Origin: Felis catus
Taxonomy: Eukaryota
NCBI RefSeq assembly: GCF_018350175.1
Contig: NC_058368.1
Span: 79,424,001 to 79,488,000, forward strand
Length of the DNA stretch: 64,000 nt
Direction: 5' to 3'
The translations under genes and the position numbers were made by a program. The stretch's first letter is position 1. Each line of letters opens with the position of its first letter. This document shows, in pieces, positions 1 to 12,876 of the stretch. Under the pieces are notes generated by a model, which saw only the letters and a list, made by a program, of their open reading frames with translations, did not search any database and had not been told where the DNA came from.

Positions 1-561
1 ATAGGCCATTGAAAGGGTTGTGCAGCTTACATCTGGATATTACATATGGATAAAGCATCTCACCTCCAGACTGGAAAGGCAGCGGCACCAAATGTGGAAG
101 AAATGAGAAACTGTATATTTTCAAGTGCCCAGGAGTGATACAAGCATGCAGACACAGCCAGGGTCTCTGTCCTCCAAAGCTCTGGTCCCATGGCTCCCCC
201 ACCTCAGGACTCTCCAGCCTCCCCATCCCAAGGTGGGAAAAAGCCAGTTCAGGTTTCTGGCTGTGGCTGGGGGAGTCGTTCCTTCTCTTCAGAAAAAGGA
301 GGGACCAACAGCGGTTTCTTATTGAATTAAAATATGTGCTGTCTACATCAGTTAGAAGACCTTGGGCAGGATGCTGGGTCTTTCTCAGCCTCGGTTTCCT
401 TTCCGATCAAACAGACAGGATCACCTGCCCCCGGCCCTGGGGTGACAGCGATGGCCACACCAAGGGGGGGCTGCCCTTCTGCTGCTCCCTCTACTTTCAC
501 TTCTTTGTCTTATCGTTCTTTTTTTTTTTTTTTGCTCTTCCTTGACTCTTTCCTTAAATTT

Positions 562-772
562 TATTTTTTTTTAACATTTATTTATTTTTGACAGAGAGAG
601 ACAGGGCATGAACGGGGGAGGGTCAGAGAGAGAGGGAGATACAGAATCTGAAACAGGCTCCAGGCTCTGATCTATCAGCACAGAGCCCGACGCGGGGCTC
701 GAACTCACGGACCACGAGATCGTGCCCTGAGCCGAAGTCAGACGCTTAATCGACTGAGCCACCCAGGCGCCC
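562..772 (-). mobile_element. Can-SINE (SINEC_Fc-type)
   Basis: Reverse complement has a GGGCGCCTGGGTGGCTCAGTCG tRNA-like head, (CT)n body, AATAAA and an A-rich tail. Confidence 0.95.
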
Positions 773-774
773 AT

Positions 775-995
775 ATTTTTTTTTTATTTTTTTCATGTTT
801 TATTTTTGAGAGAGAGAGAGAGAAACAGCATGAATAGGGGAGGGGCAGAGAGAGAGGGAGACACAGAATCCGAAGCAGACTCCAGGCTCTGAGCTATCAG
901 CACAGAGCCCGACGCAGGGCTCGAACCCACGAACCGTGAGACCATGACCTGAGCCAAAGTTGGACGCTTAACCGACTGAGCCACCCAGGTGTTCC
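775..995 (-). mobile_element. Can-SINE (SINEC_Fc-type)
   Basis: Same head/(CT)n/A-tail layout on the minus strand. Confidence 0.93.
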
Positions 996-1012
996 TGTTT
1001 CATTGTTTTAAG

Positions 1013-1215
1013 CTTTTTTTTTTAAGTTTGTTTATTTATTTTGAGAGAGCACCAGTGGGGGAGAGGAAGAGAGAGAGGGAGAGAGAGAGAGTATACCAAG
1101 CAGGCTCTGCACTGTCAGTGCAGAGGCAGATGCAGGGCTTGAACCCTCAAACCATAAGATCATGACTTGAGCTGAAGTCAAAAGGCTGACGCTTAACTGA
1201 GCCCCCCAGACACCC
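1013..1215 (-). mobile_element. Older Can-SINE
   Basis: Diverged head and body; ctctttc(c/t)ttaaattt at 546-561 and 1216-1231 flanks the three-SINE stack. Confidence 0.9.
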
Positions 1216-1231
1216 CTCTTTCTTTAAATTT

Positions 1232-1500
1232 AACACGGATGCAGGAAAGAGAACAAATCGTTTAAGTGTCCAGTGAATTTTGGGGAACCCATCCGTGTAT
1301 CCAGAGCCTACATCAAGAAGCAGATCCTTCCAGCACCCAGAAAATGCCCCCTAGTTCAGGAAACCCATTCACCACCCCCCCACGGAGGTCACTGCCTTCA
1401 GACTCCTCTCCCCATAGATTAATTTTGCGTGGGTTACAGGCAAGCACTCTGGAGGCTAGCTCTTTTCTCTCCACATTGTATTTATGAAAGTCTCCTTGTT
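1232..1500 (-). mobile_element. Old L1 (L1ME-like) 3' fragment
   Basis: Resembles L1ME 3' UTR (acatcaagaagcagatccttccagcacccagaa). Confidence 0.5.
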
Positions 1501-1521
1501 CACCAACCCCATGGCCACACA

Positions 1522-1780
1522 GCAGGGGTCCGCAAACACTTCTGTAAAAAGGGCCATACGGGTCCCTGTCTGACTCCTCGACTCTGACGTCGTAGTGGGA
1601 AAGGCAGCCATAGCCGGTCTGTCAACACGTGATCCTGGTCGTGTTCTGATACCACTTGGTTTATGGGCGCTGAAATTCAAGTTCGGTATCTTTGCCCATG
1701 ATATGAAACGTTTCTCTTCTTTTATTTTTTTTCAAAATATTTTACATTAAAAATGTTTTACAGGCTGTAAGAAGCAGACG
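1522..1780. mobile_element. MER58-like hAT-Charlie DNA transposon
   Basis: Starts cagggggtccgcaaac-like and continues ttctgtaaaaagggcca ... aaaggcagccatag, typical of MER58. Confidence 0.7.
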
Positions 1781-2904
1781 GCGTTCGTTTATGCATTCTA
1801 TGCTTCATGAACATTTTCATTCTGTTTCTGATCCAGAACAAAAAGATTTCAGTTAGAGCTGATACACATAAAAGCCGTGGCGACGATAATCCTACGTCTA
1901 AAAGAATATGAAAGCCATTAATTTCGAAGGAAATTGTATATTTGGGGGAAAAACACTTTTTTTTATCAACATCTAGTATCTTTAAAGCAACATAAAGGCC
2001 CCCTTTAGCAAATCCATGAAATTGCCTATCATTTTATTTTCCTATAATAAAATCTGCTTTATCCTAAGCACGATTATTCCTTCTCCAACCCCATCCCCCC
2101 CCCCAAAACAGAGAGGGTAATACTCTAATTCGTTTTTGTTTTAATCAGGGGCCTCGCACAGCACTGTTTTGTTATGTGTGCCTTTTCATCTGCCTGGATT
2201 TCAAACCACTTACAAAACAATGGCCTTGGATGTAGCGATCTGGGATCCCATTATAACCTCTGGTTTGAATAGCGTCTCTATGATGAAGTCCTTTGAATTT
2301 TGGCTCTCTGTTGACAAATGAACATCTAAAACACAGCTAATTTGAAAATTGGGGATGGCCTATAAGGATTAATTCATTTAACTTTCTTTTCTCGAGCTAC
2401 CTCACGTTGAAATCCAATAGCTGATAAGAGATAAGACAGGAGACTGGGGGCAGGAAAGAATATCAGTATTCATTCATTCATGCATCCATCCATTCATTCA
2501 TATATTCAACAAAGATGTCGAGGGACTCCCCCGTCAATACGACATCCGGCATGGTCGGACACACCGCTGACCTTGGCAAATGGGGCTTTAATTAGAGAGA
2601 GAAAGCAAACTCTTCCAAAACAGTAGAAAACGACGCAAAGCAGGGTATGACTAGGCGACAGATGATCCTTAGAGACAGTCTGCCCTACAAGGAACGCTGG
2701 AGACAGCGTTATGGGATAGAGGAGACAAAGAAGGCGTCATGGAAAAGGTAAGAGCCGAGCTCTCCTTTTGAAAGCGGAGACAACGTGGATGGGTGTTTCC
2801 CAGATAAAACGGTATTCTGAACAGAGGAAATAGAGTGGGCGAAAGAACAGGGGCAGGAGAATGCAGCAAGGCAGGCTCCTTAGCAGAGGAAAATAGCATT
2901 TGTT

Positions 2905-3013
2905 CCCCTGCTACTGAGTTGTGTGAGGTCCTTTTATAATTTGTATATCAACCCCTCGCCAGATATATGCATTGCAAATATTTTCCCCGATTGTATGTTG
3001 TCTTTTTATTTTG
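2905..3013 (-). mobile_element. L1 ORF2 3' segment, antisense (probable inverted 5' part of the adjacent L1)
   Basis: Reverse complement resembles L1 aaaaggcaacctacagaatgggagaaaatatttgcaa...gaactcatacaactcaatag. Confidence 0.8.
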
Positions 3014-3302
3014 CGGTGAAATCCCGATCTTGAAACGTCTGCACTTAAGTTCGCTGCCAGGTTATCCACCAGGGCCGAGACGTGGAAATTACCTAAGTGT
3101 ACATCCACGGAGGAATGGATTAAAAACTGTGGTGTGCACATTCAATGGAATGTTACTCAGCCGTTGGTTAAAAAGAAATCCTACCATTCGCAACAACAGA
3201 GAGGGACGTGGAGAACAGTCGGCTGAGTGAAATAAGCCAGACACGGAAAGGCCAATAGCACGTGAGCTCACTTACAGGTTGAATCTAAAATAATCAAACT
3301 CA

Positions 3303-3505
3303 GGGCACCTGGGTGGCTCAGTTGCTTGAGCATCCAACTCTTGGTTTTGGCGCAGGTCACGATCCCCAGGTCGGGAGACTGAGCCCCGTGTTGGTCTGGG
3401 CGCTGGGCGTGGAGCCTGCTTCAGATTCTCTCTCTCCCCCTCTGCCTCTCTCCCCTGTTCGTGCTCTGTCTCTAAAACAAAAACACACAAAAAAATAAAA
3501 GACAA
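3303..3505 (+). mobile_element. Can-SINE inserted in L1
   Basis: tRNA-like head, (CT)n body, A tail; aatcaaactcag duplicated on both sides. Confidence 0.92.
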
Positions 3506-3730
3506 ATTTTATGCAATCAAACTCAGAGAAGCAGAGAACAGAAAGGTGGTTGAGAAGGGCTGGGGGCGGGGGAAATGGGCAGGCGAGGGTCAAAGGTACG
3601 AAGCTTCAGTTCTGCAAGATAAGAAGCTCTGGCGAGCTACTGTCCAGCATGGTGCCTGTGGTTCACAATACTGTTCTGTATACTTAAAATTTGCTAAGAG
3701 GGTAGCTCCTATTTTAAGCGTTCTTACTAG

Positions 3731-3769
<39 letters not shown>
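3731..3769. repeat. (CG)n(CA)n microsatellite
   Basis: acgcgcgc followed by an (AC)n run. Confidence 0.9.
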
Positions 3770-3772
<3 letters not shown>

Positions 3773-4436
3773 ACGATGATGATGATAAGAATACTAATGG
3801 AGACAGAAGGGAAATTTGAGAGATGATGTATCTGTCTATGGCCCTGGTGGTGACACGGTGACAATGGTTTTGCTCAGAGTTCTATACATTACATAAACAT
3901 AGCTTTTTTAAATGTCAGCCCCACCTCAACAGAGAAACGAGAAAGCAAGCGGCAGCATTAGTGTGCCTGTGCAGAGTAAGAGAAGGAGAAAGGCAGACTG
4001 AGGTCAGAGTCTGGTAGGTTTTCAAGGCTGAAGAGTAAAGAATTGTTAAAAGCAATATTTTCAAAATAATTATCCAAAAGCCATGGTAAGGACGAGTTGG
4101 GGAGAAAAACTGAAGGCAGGTCTATCGGTTCGAAGCCAAGAGTACAAATACAGATGCGAAGTGATAAAGTCCCAGCAGCTAGGAGAATGGAAACACACAG
4201 ATGTGGGATATATGGCAGTGAACAGAAAGGAGGAATCAAATATTCAGCTCTACATTTTTAAATGTGTATGAGTAGGAAAATGTGGCTGTCGTTGCCAGAA
4301 ATAGGGAAATCTAGGAAAGGAGCTATTTTAATGGGAAAGGAGTTTGGTTTTTACGGTGAACTTAATCATAAATCCACAATGGTTTCATATTAGATCAAAG
4401 CTTTGATTTTCCAACGGAAATTTTATAGTCTAAGGC

Positions 4437-4620
4437 AGGGGGGGTCCAACTCTAGCCTACCGGCAAATCCTGCACGCCGAACACTTTTATGAATAAAGTT
4501 TTATCGGAACACGGCTTGCCCATTCATTGACACGTTGCTTCTGGCTGCTTTTGCAACACAACAGCAGATTTGAGCAGCTGTGACAGAGACCATACGACCT
4601 GGGAGCTTGAAATGGAAAAG
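4437..4620. mobile_element. MER58A-like hAT-Charlie element
   Basis: aataaagttttatcggaacacggc ... ggctgcttttgcaacacaacagcagatttgagcagctgtgacagagacc. Confidence 0.8.
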
Positions 4621-5434
4621 GCTTTGATGTTGACTACTAATGGAAAAAGGGGAAGAAACAGGTACGCTGGGGGACAGAGACAAAGAGCAAAGGCTTTCCA
4701 AAGTCACACATAACAACCATGGCATCAACAAGGCAATTCAAACTTTCTGAGGAAAGGTAAGGAAATCCCTCGAAAGGGAATCCCAATTCAGATGAAGAAA
4801 AGGGAACATACCTGACAACAGGATGTTTGACTGACTGGTGTGGTCAGAGAGATAATCTACAGGCGAGGGTGCTTCGAAGTTCCCGGACATAATTTTAAAA
4901 GATGGGCATCCAACCAAAGATAAGGATAGCAGAGAGAGGTGGGGCTCCAAAAGTACTGCCACGAGGCTGAAGTTCCAACGAGCTAGACTCACAGAGTGTA
5001 AACAGGCAACACAAAGGACCTTGCAGCCATATTCAGAATCAAAAGACAGAAAGACAGAGAGGAATGCAGAAGGGAGTATGGGCTCTGGCAGGTCTGGGTC
5101 TGAATCTGGGTTTGAATCTGGCTTTATCCTTCTCCTTCCAGGTGACCTTGGGGGGATTTCGGACGTGCCTGTGGGGGGACTTGATTGTGGTTTTCGTTTC
5201 CAAACTGCTGGCGCTAAGTGTGCTACCTTAGAGACTGCTGGGAGGGAAACAGGCTACGCGACAGCGTGTGGCCGGCAACGAGACTTCAGTACAGATTTGC
5301 TCCTCTCGCCAACACCAATTAGGATAAAGTTTAGCTCGAGAACGTTTAAGAAAGGGAAGCATGCATTTATAAAAAATAAATTAGATATAAAAAAAATTAT
5401 AAAACAGTGTCGCCATAGGAGACGGATGTAAAAA

Positions 5435-5525
5435 TTATTTCCCAGCCTTATTGAGATAGAGTTGACAGTCGGAAAGCTGTATATATTGAAGGCTTACAGC
5501 TTGATGATTTGACGAACGTGTACTC
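5435..5525 (-). mobile_element. Short L1 3'-end fragment
   Basis: cccagccttattgagatagagttgaca...ctgtatatattgaagg...atgatttgac resembles an L1MA/MB 3' terminus. Confidence 0.6.
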
Positions 5526-8500
5526 TAGCATATCCAGCAGAAAGGTCATTTCAAAATACTCGTCTGGCACGTAAAAAGAAACTGGAACATAAGAGGAGAA
5601 GAACACTCACCTCTTAGGAAAAACCATCGAAAATAAGGCTGTTGGGCACGGATAAAAGTAGACACGGAGAGATGTTCAAGGGTCATCCTGGTTTCATGTG
5701 GTTGCCGCAATACATCTGGAATCAGTGGGTAGAAGTTATAGGCACGAACTTCTGATCAGCGAGGTCCACCGCTCGATGCTTGCCAGAGCTTTCTGAAGGA
5801 CAAATAATTCATCAAATGAGTTGCCACCATGCCCCAGCCCCGCACATACAAGTTCCACGCATTACCTCCTTTAATCCTTATACCACTTTGGGGGGTTGAG
5901 ATTTCTCTCCAACAGAATTCCAGAGGATTGGAGGCCCTCTTAAAGGAATAGTATAAAGTGAATTTGATACAAAATGGTAATAAAATCATAGAATGTGTAA
6001 TATCCCTGGGCTATGGTCTCCATGACCCTGCCCTAGAGTGCAGAAGAGAACCAAGCACCATCACTAGTAGGGACCCCCAGAGACTGGGGACACGGGAGGA
6101 GGCCAGTGCAGGAGTGGAGCGTCCTGGGACAGGCCGGGGGGGACATACTCACTCAGGGCTCTTGCCTACAGGAGGGGCCATGACATAAAGTATAGACAAC
6201 ATGAATCCATGAGAAACTCCTTTTATGGATCCTGCAGACCTGTCTTCTTGAGAGGAGAAGGAAGAGAATAAAGGTTCTAGAATTTTTTTTTAATGGTTGT
6301 GACATACGAAAGAAAGAATGTAGAGGACATTTGGGGCTATATTTTCTGCCTTCCCTTTGCTTTCTGTGGGTCAACCAGCCATGCTGCCCTTTACGACCAA
6401 AAGGTTCTGGAATCAATGTGTTGTGTTGTTTGCGTTGTTTGGTTTTATTGTCCATACAAGCGTGAGGCGTGGGCCGTGGTTTTGGGGGAGAGGGAAGTGT
6501 GGCAGGAGAAGGAGCTGACAGGTGCGCCTGTCCTCTCCTCCCCCAGCGACTGAGGAGGCTCAGAGCCATTTCTCAAGCATTTCCATTGGACGGACTGACC
6601 AGTCGCCCAAAAGCAAGATCATCACCAGAGCCCATTCCTTTCGCATTTTCGCTATAATTTCCGTTAGTCCCTGAGGCCTGCTCAGCTCCTGGTTAGCCTG
6701 CGATTTCCTTCTGCAATCATTTCTTTGCCAGTACAGTGGGCTCACTTCCCTCTCTTCTGGACCAAGAAAGGTGTTCATAACCCTGCCCCTACCGAGGTTG
6801 ACCCTCTCGCTGAGGGAGCAAACCGTTTTCTTAAGTGACTTACAAAGTGAGCCTCAGTATAAGCTCTAGCAGGGAAACTTCAGAAGTGTTCTGAGCTACA
6901 GCAAAGTTATTGGGAAGTTGGAAAAGATTTGTGCAATCTTCCAAGCAGGCCACTTGGGAGGGCCACGTGTGTTTGGCTCTATACATTCCACACATCTGCA
7001 AAAAAACATCCATCTTTTCCCTTTTTTCTTTTTTTTTTTTTTTTACGGTCTCATTTTATCCTTCGACTATTCTCAATACGTGGCAGTGTTTCCCTTTTGT
7101 TTTTGTGAGAAGGGTTTAGCAGCCTTTTCGTCTTGGTGGTGGTCATGGCTAATTGCTCCCTGATTCTCACAAGCAGAGGAAATATATAGGCGCAAAAAAG
7201 TGACGTTCCCTTACAGCGGCTTCTGGGAGTGGATATGCATAAAATAATCTGCTGACTGGAGAACAGAAAGAAAGAATTACGTGAGAATGCTCAGGGTGCA
7301 TGTTGATTACGGACGCATTTATGTTACCCACTTGGGGCCGCAGACGTAGTCACCCTAGCCTGACTCAAAGTGTTAATGAGAATCCTCAAAAAGATTAATG
7401 CCCCCAAATATCGCCCAGCTACCTACGGCTGGCACTGAATTTTGAAAGCTGTGACTTTCTTCTGTATTTCCTGTACTCTTTTACAAACCTGTTTATCAAA
7501 TGTATAGAACACTTTTGTTTATGATAGCTTATGATTAATCATTCACCAAGGACACGGGGCCCTTTGTACCTATTATTGTCAAGCATTTGTTTGGACTGTG
7601 TTTGACCCTTTGTACCCAAGTGGTCTGTGTTGGAGCCACTCAAGAACAATCTAGCTGGCCGAACGTGCGAACAGCACTCACTGAAATCCTATGGCTCTGT
7701 TCCTATAACATCCTGCCACATAAGAGAGACCAAAAGCACAGTTCCATTTACAAAATCCAATTGTCACCCTGAGATAAACATACTCACCCTGGGTTACTTC
7801 TAAGCAGTCTGAAGTGAAAATTTAAACACTATTTTGAGCAACGATGCCCACTTTTGTGACCAAAGTGTGTCTGTGAAGCCTGCCTCTTTGCAAACTGCCG
7901 GAGTGAGCTGGAGTCAAATCTGTTTTCGTCTCTGCTGTGAGTGTAACGATCAAAGTTCTTCTCAAGTACAGCTCAAGGGAGTAAATCCATACATCTGATT
8001 ACTCAGTGACCAGAGGATCTTGACTTCCAGAACAATGTCACAGGTCAGAGGAAGAACGGCGTGTTGTTGCACTGGTAATCATTCACCGTTTAGATGCTTC
8101 TTTGATGAGCGTCTGCCTGAGTCTTCGTCTCTCCCCGCTTTGCTCATGCGGTCGACAGACATTCATTGCAAGGCTGGCTGTGTGAGGTACCTTGCAAAAA
8201 ATCAAGTCAGGGTGGTCTGTGGGTTCCGAGACGGCACAATCTGCACTGGTCATAATGTGCCCGAATTAACTTAAAAACAAAGTTGTAAATGTGTGTGCCA
8301 CGAGTCGGATACAGATGATCACTGATAAGGGTTGGGAGTAGGGCTATATACTTGTAGTCTGTTAACCTGTCATTCAGAGACCATTTTACAGAATAGATTT
8401 GGGGTGAAGGAATGGCTAGCAAGATGTTGATAAGAAGAAATGCCAGGAAGAGGAAGGAGAGGCAGGGAAGCCAAGGGGTCAAGAATTCATCTAGAGACTT

Positions 8501-9198
8501 TGGCTAGACGGGAGGGGCTTGGTCTCTGAACAGGGGCGGTGGGCATGTGACTGCCAATGAATGTCATGGAGGTCTTCTATTTTGTATGAGTTATAACAGC
8601 TGTCAGAGGGTGGGAAGAAGGAGCCCTTTAGTCAAGGAAACTAGAATAACTGTTCAAACTCCAGAATTAAGAGAGTTGGCAGACTGCGTCACATTTTTCC
8701 ATGTGTGAAACACCGTGATATTGACTAATATTTTCATAGCATTTTCTTTAACCAAAGAATTTCCCCAGGAGAATTCTGATGGACTTACTTCTTACGTGGT
8801 CTCAAGAGTGTGCGAGTTCATGTTAATAAATCAGTAAGGAATTCTCAAAATGTTTAAACATCAATGATTGGACCTGAGGTTTCTGCCCTACCTGGGTTGT
8901 GAGCTCTTAACCTCATAAGGAGACGTTGATGGAAGCAATGGCATTCTAGAGAAAGTCCAATGATGACCTTCATGTTGTTTCAATCAATAAATTATCACAT
9001 TCTAACAACTATAAACTCTGCCAATTTGATTGTTTGTTGAGGGAAGACTGCTAACTCTTGCTTAAAAATGTTTTCAAAAGTGGCAAGTGACCCCATGTCA
9101 AAAGACTCAAAGAGTGTGATAACATTCAGAAACAGTATTCTCTTCGGTTCCCTTCACCCTTTGCAAACAGTATGTTTATAAATTGTTTTTCTATTGGG

Positions 9199-9243
9199 TT
9201 TATTTTATTTTATTTTATTTTATTTTATTTTATTTTATTTTAA
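9199..9243. repeat. (TTTTA)n microsatellite
   Basis: About 9 perfect ttttta-phase pentamer units. Confidence 0.9.
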
Positions 9244-9258
9244 CTTTTCAAATGCTTA

Positions 9259-9318
9259 GGTGCACCTGGCTGGCTCAGTCAGTAGAACATACTCCTGACC
9301 TTGGGGTTGTGAGTTCTC
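9259..9318 (+). mobile_element. Truncated old Can-SINE head
   Basis: ggtgcacctggctggctcagtcagtagaacat...cttggggttgtgagttc (A and B boxes only). Confidence 0.7.
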
Positions 9319-10279
9319 TACTGGGGACATTTTACAACACATGTATTCATAGGGAGTCTTGGTTTTCCTGGGCTCAGGAGGGAAAACCAATAGTTAAAGA
9401 TTGATGAAAAGTCCCGTGTCGTCTCAATATTGCTTTAATTCCTTTGAAAGTATTTTAGGATTACATGATGTAACTGAGAATGAGGTTTCACTCCAAAATA
9501 ATTACTCTTCAGGACACTTTTGAGGAAACATTGTTCTCATTTTGGTTTGGAGGACTATGGCGTGTTGTGTCATTATGCTCAAAGTTCTTAACGTCGCTGC
9601 TCATGTAGTTAGGAAACCAGAGAACCCTCTGGGACGCATTCTGCACATAAACCAGACCACAAATATTTTAGGATCATTTCATTTCTTGAAAGCGCTTCAA
9701 AATTCCAAAGTTCTTCTTGGAGCCAAAGGAAGAAGCCGACTTCGGAAGTACAGTCAGGGCTCCACAATGACACCCGCTTGTACGTATCCCATATTTATCC
9801 ACTCGTGCGTTTACTACTTCCTCCATCGAGGAACAACCGTAAAATAATAAACCATTTAATCCTTCCCTCAACTAACACATGCTCCACAGCCTAGAAAATA
9901 CGAGTAGGAAATGCTCCCTCCGAGGACTTGCTCTCTGGCCTCATCTCCAACTGAGTCTCGTAGTACGAAACTCCACAAGCTTCTGTATTTATCATCGCCC
10001 GGAATGTGTTTGAATAAACCATCTGGGAAAGTATTGCAAAAACATATCTATTATCATTCTGATTCATTTTATGGATGATTCCCTTCAGATGTTTGAAAAC
10101 ATGAAATCCTAGCACATGTGAAAAAAATAACTTCTTGTTGCTTTGTTGTCTTTGTTTACCTTTAAAGGCGGCTTTATTTTATCTTCAGGCTATAATACGT
10201 CTCGAAATAACCAGCTAAATCTTGATCATCTACAGGAATTTGCAGGGACAGAGGCTTGGACCATCTAATGCAGCTCAAA

Positions 10280-10960
10280 ATAAAAATTTTATAACAGCTT
10301 TCCTGAACTATAATCCACATAGCATTCACTCTTTAAAGTTCAGTGGTTTTTGATGTATTCACAGAGTTGTGAAACATCACCACTGTGTCATCGGCATCAC
10401 CCCAAAACAAACACTTCAGGTGACTCAGCTCTGCCCTCCAGGCCTCCCCACCCCGGGTTCTGGAAACCACTGATCCACCGTCTATGGTTCTGGATTGGCC
10501 TCGAGTGGACATTGCGTGTCAAGAAATCACACAATATGTGGCCTATTGTTACTGCTTCTTTCACTGAGCACAGTGTTTTCAAGGATCGTCCATGTTGTAA
10601 AGTATATCAGAACTTCATTCTTTTTTTTTTAACAAAATATCAAATAGCCCACTGTGCAAAAACCCACATTCTGTTTACTCATCCATCTGTTGATGAACAT
10701 TTGGGCTATTTCCAATTTGGCTATTATGAAAAAATGCCAGTAAGAACTTCGGTACACAGGTTTTCACAGAGACGTGAGTTTTCGATTCTCTTGGTGTGTA
10801 GGTCGGGGTAGAACCTCCCGGTCATATGGTAACTCTACGTTTAACATTTTGAGGAAGTGTCCAAGCGTTTTCCGAAAGGACCACACCGTGTGGCATTCCC
10901 GCCAGCAATGATGGGAATTCTAATTTCTCCACACCCTCACCAACGCTTCTTTCAGAAAGA
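10280..10960 (-). mobile_element. L1 (L1MB-like) 3' portion
   Basis: tttcactgagcacagtgttttcaagg; catccatctgttgatgaacatttgggctatttcca; ggtcatatggtaactctacgtttaacattttgaggaa. Confidence 0.85.
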
Positions 10961-11027
10961 CTTTTGCAGTCGCATGCGAATAAAGTGTCTTCATTTCTCA
11001 TATTCCCTTTCAAAGAATATGATGAAA

Positions 11028-11244
11028 GGGGCACCTGGGCCCCTCAGTCGGTCGGGCGTCAGGCTCTTGATTTCGGCTCAGGTCATGATCTCATTGTTTG
11101 TGGGATTGAGCCCCGTGTTGGGCTCTGGGCTGCCAGCACTGAGCCTGCTTGGGATTCTCTCTCTCTCCCTCTCTCTCTCTGCCCCTCTTGCTCCCTCTCT
11201 CTCTCTCAGAGTAAATAAATAAACTTAAAAAAAATAAAATAAAA
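11028..11244 (+). mobile_element. Can-SINE
   Basis: Full element; TSD caaagaatatgatgaaa at 11011-11027 and 11245-11261. Confidence 0.95.
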
Positions 11245-12876
11245 CAAAGAATATGATGAAAGCACACTGTGACGATCTTCCTTAGAGGAGGTGAGAATGC
11301 TGCCTTTCTCTCACGCTGACAGCTTCTAGAATCCCTGTGCCTCTGTTTGCCAGGATTCCACGATTCTGGGAAGTGAATCCCTCACAACCACAGTGCTGAG
11401 TGCTGAGGGGCTTGGCCGTTACCCTGGTGGAGGAAGGAGCATCACTTCAGCATCTCCCTAATGCAGACAAACTATAGTGTGCGGGCTGAGAACATTGTTT
11501 TTCAAGGCTGTGAACTCCAAGCGTTGGCTCGTGGTTTGCCTCTCCTGCTGTAGAGATGATTTATACTTTCTAATTGGAACTTTTGACTTTTCTTATGATT
11601 ACCATGTATCTTTCATGAAGCCAGTGCCCAGTCACCCGATAAAGGTTTCGAAGTGTCAGTGGCTAAATGTTTCCCTTAGGCACATTCTTGAAGCAAAATT
11701 AAGGTGCACAGCATGGCCGCAAGACGACAGCCAGGAGCAGCCAATTCAGCGAGCCTTCAGGAATTCCTGATTTGAATACCACGTTCAATTTCCTCACCTT
11801 TTAGAAGTTAGAACAGATTGCTAGTGACCGGCAAATACTTGAAATTCTATTACAGTGCTAGCATGTGAAAATGTACAGGGTGCTTTAGGAAAAGAGTTCA
11901 ACCTTACCCTTTATGGAGCCAGCATACGTAAATAACCGTAGAATGTGCATGATTCTTTTAGACACAGCGGTGAACGTGAAAGTGAGATTGATCTAACCAG
12001 ATTAGGTGAAGGGTCTCAGGTGACTTTTGTTGGGACGTATACATTACACACGGCTGTTTGAGACTGGTAAACCACGCACAGACACACACAAGCACACACA
12101 TATTATTGGACCACACGATCCAAGCAAACGTGCTACCAATACACTGCTGTCATGAAGTTCTTTGTGAGCCTTGGCCCTGAAAAATGTTTGCGAAATAATG
12201 TAAAGTTGCTGCTAAAACCACTCGATTCTGCAATTCTCAAAAGTATTAATTTCCTTTTATTGTTACCTTTCATACTGTTATTACTCCGGATACGGAGTCA
12301 AGGTCAGAGACTGTTGCTGATGGACTGTCTCATGAACAGAATAGGGGCATGTGGGGGAGCGGGGGGGTCTCAGGCAATCCCCAGAGACCTGTAATCTCTT
12401 CTACTTTTACACGAAGGACATTATCTCCACTCCCTCCTCCTGGTGCTGACCAAGATCTTCACATTAGATGCAATAAACCTAGCAATGCACTTTCTTACTT
12501 CTAAGGATACTGTAACCTTGATTCTTGCTCTGTTTGGAAAAAGATCACAGCTGGAACCACTGTATTGCCTCAGGTCCACGGTCAGAATTTGGGGAATCTT
12601 TACACATGATTTTAGCTTGCCCAAGCCACCTTGCAGAAACTGACAACCCAAGAATTCAATGTGTCGAATGCTTGGTGAAGGCTCCAGGCAGAATCGTACG
12701 CCCCGCCCACCATCGGGGCCTTTCATCCTCCATGAAAGGAGGCCACCACTCCGGGCTCCTCTGTGTCCGTACGGTATCCATTTTCTAGAAGGTATGCCGT
12801 GGGGCAAGGGTCAGGTCTTGGGCCATTTTTCTATCTCCAGGGTCTGTGGTATGAATTTGATGAATGTGGGACCATC

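Larger units (their letters stand above)
3017..3930 (+). mobile_element. L1 (L1MA-like) ORF2 end and 3' UTR, interrupted by a SINE
   Basis: acctaagtgtacatccacggaggaatggat; gagtgaaataagccagacac; tgtatacttaaaatttgctaagagggtag. Confidence 0.85.
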
